Part shown: one piece after another, positions 56,091 through 64,000 of the stretch
Layout: the number at the start of each line of letters is the position of its first letter
Numbering within the stretch: the stretch's first letter is position 1
NCBI GenBank assembly: GCA_951406725.2
Contig: OX597814.1
Location: 180,110,001-180,174,000 of the forward strand
DNA length: 64,000 nucleotides
Direction of reading: 5' to 3'
Origin: Octopus vulgaris
Taxonomy: Eukaryota
Position numbers and translations under genes: made by a program
Notes under the pieces: generated by a model
What the model saw: only the letters and a program-made list of their open reading frames with translations
Told to the model about the DNA's origin: nothing
Databases searched by the model: none

Positions 56091-56999
56091 CCTATTATTT
56101 TTTTGTTTAATAAATGAAAAGCTTGTATATGTTTGTTATGTTAGCATAATTATCATATTTCAACAGAATTTAAAAGAACGTGACTATCTACTGCAGGAAA
56201 TTAGTTTGCCTGGTGCTCTACTGAGTCTACATCTTACAGACTATTCAACTATTATTTATGATGAGTTCTAATACAGGCGCAAGAAAAGGCAGCGAACTTG
56301 CAGAATCGTTAAGTATGTCGGGCAAAAATCCTAAGCAACATTTCTTCCGGCTTCGCGTTCTGAGTTCAAATTCCGCCGAGGTTGACTTTACCTTTCATCG
56401 GTAGCAGTTGAATATTGGGGTGGATATAACCGACTTACCCCTCCTTGCGCCTATATTGAAACCAACATAGGCGCAAGGCTACATATTTGAACGGAAGAGT
56501 TATGATTGATTTTAATCGAATCCAGTATTTGAATAATATTTTGTCGATCAAGAAGTTTTTTTATCGATCCGGGATGGATTTAAGTCAAACAGGACCTCAA
56601 CCGAAATACAGTAGCTGAGACAATTGACAGAATTGATGGTGCGATTTATATGATTTAAATGTACATCAGAATTTGGCTGGAACTTATTTTATCGAACTTG
56701 CAATAATGAAAAGTAAATTTTCAGCAGAATTTGAACCTTATAACATAAAGAATCACGTAATTAAATAGTGCAAGGCATTTTGTCCACTTCTGTCAGTTTA
56801 CTGCTTTTAATAATACACGTATAATCTATTCCCATTAGAGCTCAGCAGTTGTACTCGTAAGTACTCTGATGACCTATCATTACTGCTAAACACTAGGGTG
56901 TTTAATGCTTTAAATGGTGAGTGTTTTTGGTTAGTGTTTCTCACTGCAGAGACAGTTGGTACCCATAAGAGAAATGTCTAGTCCGAAGAGAGGAGTTTA

Positions 57000-57688
57000 G
57001 TATGTGTGTATGTATGTATGTGTGTGTATGTATGTTTGTGTTGTGTGTGTATGTGTGTGTGTGTTTTTGAGTGAGTGAGTGAAAGGGTGACGGAAAGAGA
57101 GTGAGGGAGAGAGAGAGAGAGATTGACAGACAGACAGACAGACAGACAGACAAATAGACAGACAGAGAACCAAATCGAGTCATTATCCTAACACAGACAT
57201 TTAAACATCGTGAAGTATACTTGCCACTTAAATGTGGATGACCCTTAAGGGTGGATGCTACTGTGGCTTTAGCCCCAGGAGGACACCTAGGGCTACAAGC
57301 TACAGTAGCATCTGCCCTTAAGGAATTAGAAACTATTTTGGATTTATACAAAATGTTTAAATTTCTAATAATAAATCTCTGAGTGAGGTATAAACAGTAG
57401 CTGCACGACATCGTGAAGTATATTTGCCACTTAAATGTGGCTAAACCTTAAGGGTAGATGCTACTGTAGCTTGTAGCCCCAGGTGTCCTCCTGGAGCTAA
57501 AGCTACAGTAGCATCCATTCTTAAGGGTTAACCACATTTAAGTGGCAAATATACTTCACGATGTATAAATTTCTGTGTTAGGATTTGATTCTTTGTCTAT
57601 CTATATGTCTGTTTGTCTGTCTGTTTTTCTGTCTGTCTCTCTCTCTCTCACTCTCTTTCCGTCTCCCTTTCACCCACTCACTCAAACA

Positions 57689-57742
<54 letters not shown>

Positions 57743-57790
57743 GCACATATATACATACACACACATACATTCATACATACATTCATACAT
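57000..57790. repeat. ~800-bp imperfect palindrome built on a fold-back element
   Basis: 57000-57322 is reverse-complementary to about 57445-57790. 57408-57564 is itself a near-perfect ~155-bp palindrome (acatcgtgaagtatatttgccacttaaatgtgg ... ccacatttaagtggcaaatatacttcacgatgt). Confidence 0.85.
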
Positions 57791-58422
57791 ACATTCATAC
57801 ATACATTCATACATACATACATACATACATACATACATACATACAGATATTGAGTACGTAGTTGCACACAAGAAGAGTAAAACAGTACTCCGTAACAAAG
57901 GAACGGCGTTATTTCTGACAGCAACAGCAGGCACCACACATCTGGTTATTTGAATTTCACGTTTCCAATCATCAAATTATATTACGTATCTATTTATTTT
58001 TATAATACAAAACATTTTGAACATTTTGATTTCCGATTCTTATTCATTATTTGTCAATTGTCATCTCTGCATGTATATGTGCATGTTCATGCGCGCACGC
58101 ATGTGTGTGTATGTGCGCACGCGAGTGATGGCGTGTGGCCTAGTGATGAGGGTGCTGCACTCTCAATCGCGAGATCGTAATTTCGATTCCAAAATCAGCC
58201 GTCCTTCGTGTTTTTGAGCAAGTCCACTCGGCTGTAAATAGATAACCCTGCGGTGACGTACTGGCTTTCCGTTCAGAAAGCGGAATGTTGACCGGCCTAC
58301 CTGCTCAGTGGAGTAGCATCATTCGAAAGCCACAACAATGTAAAGAATTGCATTGTGACCAGCAGGGTAAAACAACATCTGTTACTCTGGTCGATACAGA
58401 TATGTATGGGTGTGTGTGCGCG

Positions 58423-58529
<107 letters not shown>

Positions 58530-58550
58530 ATATATATATATGTATTTATG

Positions 58551-58602
<52 letters not shown>

Positions 58603-59392
58603 TAGTGACGCTAGAGCGTGTGTCAGATTGCTCTGCGGTGACGGTTCCGATTCTCTGCGCTACGTTACGATATGCTCTGGTATCATAAACTGTGCAACAA
58701 GGTCAACTCTTAATTTCCAGTCCGTTAGTGTTTCATGTTTCAGTAAACTGGGTTTCTTTGCAGCCCTGACAAAAGTCATTGCCGGACTTAATAGCTGTTG
58801 TTATCACTACTGCAACCATCTTCAGTACCTGATTCTTTCGCCAGCAGTAGCAGCAATCAGCTAAGACTCTGTCGTAGCTATTCAAGAGACGTTGACGGGA
58901 TCCTGTTTCAATTTGCCAGTAACAGGGAAAGTTTGTTGGATTTTGGTAAAATGTTGTAGGCAGCTAGGATCAAAAACCTAATGCACTGGCTGTTGTGGCC
59001 GCCAATGACCCCACCTGTACGTTAACCCACCTTGTCTAAGATCCTTGCTGGTTACATCCCACCATACCATTAGCCCGTGCTTCGTCTAAACCCGTACGAA
59101 CTTCTTGGAGAACATGTTGATATTCTTATGACGTAGCATTTCTTTTTCTTTCTGTTTAATTGAGCTAAAAATTTGTTTTCCCCAAGACAGAAAGTCGCTC
59201 CCAAGACATCAGTTTCCTCTTCCTCCTGCGACATACGTCGCCACCATGTCACCAGCTTCGTGTTCTACGCTATATAATTTTTTTAATGAAGAAGATAGCC
59301 ATAATTTTCCACGAATTCTGTTTATTACACAGATATGCGCACACATTTATACAACCCACACTTCTCGTCACAAAACCACTACACAGACACAC

Positions 59393-59423
<31 letters not shown>

Positions 59424-59604
59424 ATGTGATTATATGTATAATATATAATTATATATCTTAAATAATCACACATACATAATATTTATTATATATAGCATTG
59501 TTCCGTATCTCCGATAATTGAAACCAATAATATAATTAAAGAATAACAGTAAATGTATGTGCATGCGCAAGCACGTGTATGTGATATATATATATGTATA
59601 TATG

Positions 59605-59681
<77 letters not shown>

Positions 59682-59892
59682 GCATATATATATCACATAT
59701 ATATATATATATCACATAGATATATATTGCTGGATGTGTATGATACGTGTGTTATGTACGGACGTATGTATATATGCATGCATGCGTATATACGTGTGTG
59801 TACGTATGTATGTGTGCGTGTGATTGTGTGTGTGTGCGCGCGTGCGTGTATCACGTATACATGTGTATTTGTCTATTTCTTAATTCAGTTTT

Positions 59893-60190
59893 CTCTTTTC
59901 TGTCTTCTTCAATCTCAGCGACATACCAACAATCCGTAATAATGATATCGGAATCAGAAACATCTCCATCATCTCACAATGCAGTCATACTCCCACTCAG
60001 ACACATTAAGAATCCACCCACGTTTCTGCTATACAGTTGCTATGGCGACAGGATATGGCTTAGCAGTAGACCTAGTATTTTAAACCATTGTATAACTAAT
60101 AAGTCGCCAAGCTGTGTAGCGCGGTTGGTAAAGTAATCAGCCATTAGCGGTTCGTAGTCATAGCAAATTTTCTCGTTTTCGTATTCTCAT
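59893..60190. repeat. Copy 1 of a local direct duplication (partner 62250-62845)
   Basis: ctcttttctgtcttcttcaatctcagcgacatacc...gttgctatggcgaca...tattttaaacc is near-identical in both copies. Similarity continues past the SINE in copy 2. Confidence 0.9.
60036..60049. promoter_or_regulatory. RFX X-box-like motif
   Basis: GTTGCTATGGCGAC fits the X-box consensus RTHNYYWTRRNRAC and is conserved in both duplicates. Confidence 0.45.
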
Positions 60191-60855
60191 TTTTAACTGT
60201 CGTGCTAACTAAATATTTCACAGTCCCACCATATCAGGACAATGTGACTAATTTCTTACACACACACACGTGCGCTTGGAGAGAAAGAGAAACAGACAGA
60301 CAGACAGAAAAACAGACAGAGATGTGTACGCGTGGGTGTGTTTATTAACACTTTCATTGGTTTCCATCACTGAACAGCGGCCATCTTGGGGTACCGCTTG
60401 CAAGGGGTTGTAGTGCTTCCTATCGGTGCCAGCACGTATATACTGTTACAGTCTCCTTCTTATTTTATCAGTTTTTATTTATCGAACTGCTAAGTTATCT
60501 TTTCATGTAAGAACGCGGCTCTGAGCAAACACACGCATACACACTTATACAAACGCAGACATTACGAGCGTGCTTGTGCGTAGCCGAGTATTCATGTGCG
60601 TGTGCAAGTTTCTGTGTATGAGTATACATATATAAACACACCCACACGTTGTAGTTATTCATATATATGCTTATATATGTTTATATATAAATGTGTGTAC
60701 GTGCGTGCGTGTGTGTGCGCGCGCGTGTGTGCATATGTACGTGTGTGTGCGTGTGCGTGTTTGCATAGAGTCACGTTCTTACATGAAAAGATAATTAAGC
60801 CGTTCGATATATATATATATATATATATATATAGATACATACATACATACATACA

Positions 60856-60887
<32 letters not shown>

Positions 60888-60997
60888 GGTATATATAATA
60901 CATGTGCATGTAGTTATATGTGCGTATTTAGTTAATGACGTGCATATATATGCATATAATATATCTACATATATATGAACGTATTTTTATATGTATG

Positions 60998-61031
<34 letters not shown>

Positions 61032-61319
61032 TGTATGTATATATACATACATCATATATATGTGTGTGCATGTGCGTTTATTGATTATGGGTTTTGCGAA
61101 AGCATCGTCTTTAGCATAATAACATCAAAGAGCTATGTTATTAACAACGGGAATAGTGTCCCCAAGTGAAGAGTGCATTATACTTGTCTACAAAGTGCAA
61201 TATTGCACATCAGCAAAAGATGCAATAGGATGCGGGATAATACCCGATTTCTGAAAAAGAATAAGGTCAGCATGTTCCACTGGACATAAAATATTACCAT
61301 ACATTATTAACGGAGCCAA

Positions 61320-61880
61320 AGGCAGCGAGCTGGCAGAAACGTTAGCACGCCGGGCGAAATTCATAGCCGTATTTCGTCTGCCGTTACGTTCGGAGTCCAA
61401 ATTCCGCCGAGGTCAACTCTGCCTTTCATCCTTTCGGGGTCGAATAAATAAGTACCAGTGACGCACTGGGGTCGATGTAATCGACTTAATCCGTTTGTCT
61501 GTCCTTGTTTGTCCTATCTGTGTTTAGCCCCTTGTGGGTAGTAAAGAAATAGGTATTTCGTCTACCGTTACATTCTGAGTTCAAATTCTGCCGAGGTCGA
61601 CTTTGTCTTTCATCCTTTCGGGGTCGATTAAATAAGTACCAGTTACGCACTGGGGTCGATATAATCGACTTAACCCCTTTGTCTGTCCTTGTTTGTCCCC
61701 TCTATGTTTAGCCCCTTGTGGGTAATAAAGAAACAAGAATCGTTAGCACGCCGGACAAAATGCTTAGCTGCGTTTCCTCATACTTTAAGTTCTGAGTTCA
61801 AATTCCACCAAGGATGACACTGTCTTTCATCCGTTCAGGAACCTTCAGTTTAAGTACCAATCGAGTATTGGGGGTCGATG
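61320..61880 (+). mobile_element. Tandem family A SINE units (about 3)
   Basis: Same head-to-tail organisation as 10907-11892. Confidence 0.88.
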
Positions 61881-62178
61881 TAATTGATATCAGATCTTGT
61901 GCCAACTTTAGAGAGGATTATTAACGGGGCAAAAATGAGTTCTTACGAGGGGAGGAAAATGGTTGTTAGTTATATCAGATATAATGCGCGTGCAACATAG
62001 AAGATTGTAGTAGTGTGGGTATGTGATGTGTATACAGGATAATAGTTCGGTGAAGAAATGCCAAAGAAATTAAGAGAAGGGATCCTGAAGAAGAGGAAAA
62101 CCGAAAAATACGTGGGAGGATGTGTTAAAGGCTGATTTCAGAATACCCTCAGAGAGCATCTCAGGATGCCTTCTGACT

Positions 62179-62219
<41 letters not shown>

Positions 62220-62394
62220 TACTTTCTAACCATCTTTAGCCATTCTTTCCTCTTTTCTGTCTTCTTCAATCTCAGCGACATACCAACAATCCGTAATAAT
62301 GATATCGGAATCAGAAACACCTCCATCATCTCTCACAGTGCAGTTTTACTCCCACTCAGAGACATTAAAAATCCACCCACGTTTCTTCTATACA

Positions 62395-62408
62395 GTTGCT
62401 ATGGCGAC
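62395..62408. promoter_or_regulatory. RFX X-box-like motif
   Basis: GTTGCTATGGCGAC, identical to 60036-60049. Confidence 0.45.
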
Positions 62409-62490
62409 AAGATTTGGCTTAGCAGTAGACCTAATATTTTAAACCTTCATACAACTGAATGATTTTAAAAACAATATCGTAAGTTAACTA

Positions 62491-62723
62491 TAAGGCGGCG
62501 AGCTGGCAGAAACGTTAGCGCGCCGGGCGAAATGCTTAGCGGTATTTCATCTGCTGTTACGTTCTGAGTTCAAATTCCGCCGAGGACGACTTTGCCTTTC
62601 ATCCTCTCGGGGTCGATAAATAAAGTACCAGTTTCGCACTGGGTCGATGTAATCGACTTAATCCGTTTGTCCGTCCTTGTTTGTCCCCTCTATGTTTAGC
62701 TCCTTGTGGGTAGTAAAGAAATA
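62491..62723 (+). mobile_element. Young family A SINE with an 18-bp target-site duplication
   Basis: TSD aatatcgtaagttaacta at 62473-62490 and 62724-62741. The SINE is absent from the paralogous copy 1. Confidence 0.95.
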
Positions 62724-62941
62724 AATATCGTAAGTTAACTAATAAGTCGCCGAGCTCATTAGCGTGTTTGGTAAGTAATCAGTTATTCGCGGTTCGATTT
62801 CCGGCTGTAGTCGTAAAAAATTCACTGCTTTTCGTTTTCTAATTTCGAAAACGTGTGAACATCACATATTCCATAGGTTCAATGCAGCTGATCACATGCT
62901 CATACATACCTGCATTCATTTGTATGCATGCATGCATGTAT

Positions 62942-63294
62942 ACTCTTTTACTTGATTCAGTCATTTGACTGTGGCTATGCTGGAGCACCGCTTTTAATCG
63001 AGCAACTCGACCCCGGGACTTATTCTTTTGTAAGCCCAGTACTTATTCTATCGGCTCTTTTGCCGAACCGCTAAGTAACGGGGACATAAACACACCAGCA
63101 TCGGTTGTCAAGCAATGCTAGGGGGACAAACACACTCACACAAACACACACGTATATATATATATATATATATACATATATACGACGGGCTTTTTTCAGT
63201 TTCCGTCTACCAAATCCACTCACAAGGCTTTGGTCGGTCCTAGGCTATAGTAGAAGACACTTGCCCAAGGTGCCACGCAGTGGGACTGAACCCG
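62942..63294 (-). mobile_element. Family B SINE lacking the start of its head
   Basis: Reverse copy ending at gggactgaacccgg. Confidence 0.88.
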
Positions 63295-63641
63295 GTATGT
63301 ATGTATGTATGTATGGATGGATGGATGGATGGATGGATGGATGTCTTTCATCTCTCACTTATTGCAGTCAAAGGTCTATGGCCATGCTGGGGCACTACCT
63401 CGAAGTATTTAGTCTGCACAAATCGTCCAGTATTTAATTCTTTTTAAGTTAGGCACATATTCTGTCTTACTCCCGTGCCGAACCGCTAAGTTACAGGGAC
63501 ATATACAAACCAAGCGGTAGTGAAAGGTAACCACAAAGACATACGTCTTTGTAGACATGCGCCTACGTGAAAAAATACTTTTTAAAATAAAAGTGCTGTA
63601 CACACACAGACGCGCGTACAAACAGATACATATACACATAC

Positions 63642-64000
<359 letters not shown>

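Larger units (their letters stand above)
62250..62845. repeat. Copy 2 of the local direct duplication, interrupted by a SINE
   Basis: See 59893-60190. Confidence 0.9.

Noticed and set aside
57847-57953. Segment KTVLRNKGTALFLTATAGTTHL resembling loop E
   Set aside because: There is no pyrimidine tract, the phase is wrong for joining exon 3, and no Cys is present at the expected position.
58605-59252. Possible solo LTR (complex sequence bounded by gtgac...gtcac)
   Set aside because: Only a 5-bp inverted end. No TSD, PBS, PPT or second copy was identified.
62276-62462. + strand acceptor and ORF DIPTIRNN...AVLLPLRDIKNPPTFLLYSC as the next receptor exon
   Set aside because: It is phase-compatible and has a superficial PP-x6-C spacing. 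However, there is no C-x13-C Cys-loop or FPFD motif, it ends in a stop, and the paralogous copy at 59919 is frameshifted.

Overview
AT-rich eukaryotic genomic DNA with a very high density of microsatellites and of tRNA-derived SINE families. This repeat make-up is characteristic of coleoid cephalopods, most likely Octopus (inferred). Almost all entries in the ORF track are artefacts of simple repeats. One real protein-coding gene is visible on the + strand. Three exons (38499-38574, 54485-54648, 55446-55555) splice in frame to give a signal peptide and the N-terminal half of a Cys-loop (nicotinic acetylcholine receptor-like) ligand-binding domain. The loop D Trp and loop A Tyr of the acetylcholine aromatic box are replaced, as in atypical/chemotactile-type receptors, but this gene keeps introns. 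The Cys-loop and transmembrane exons were not found in the window. Other content: Penelope-like element fragments with several minimal hammerhead ribozymes (one linked to a tRNA-like Pol III head), stacked R4/Dong-type LINE ends in (TAA)n arrays, a Tx1/L1-like 3' fragment, two decayed mariner elements, hAT, Tc1/pogo and piggyBac-like MITEs, Helitron-like elements, several large inverted repeats, and a duplicated antisense cassette carrying an RFX X-box-like motif. SINE and fragment boundaries are approximate.
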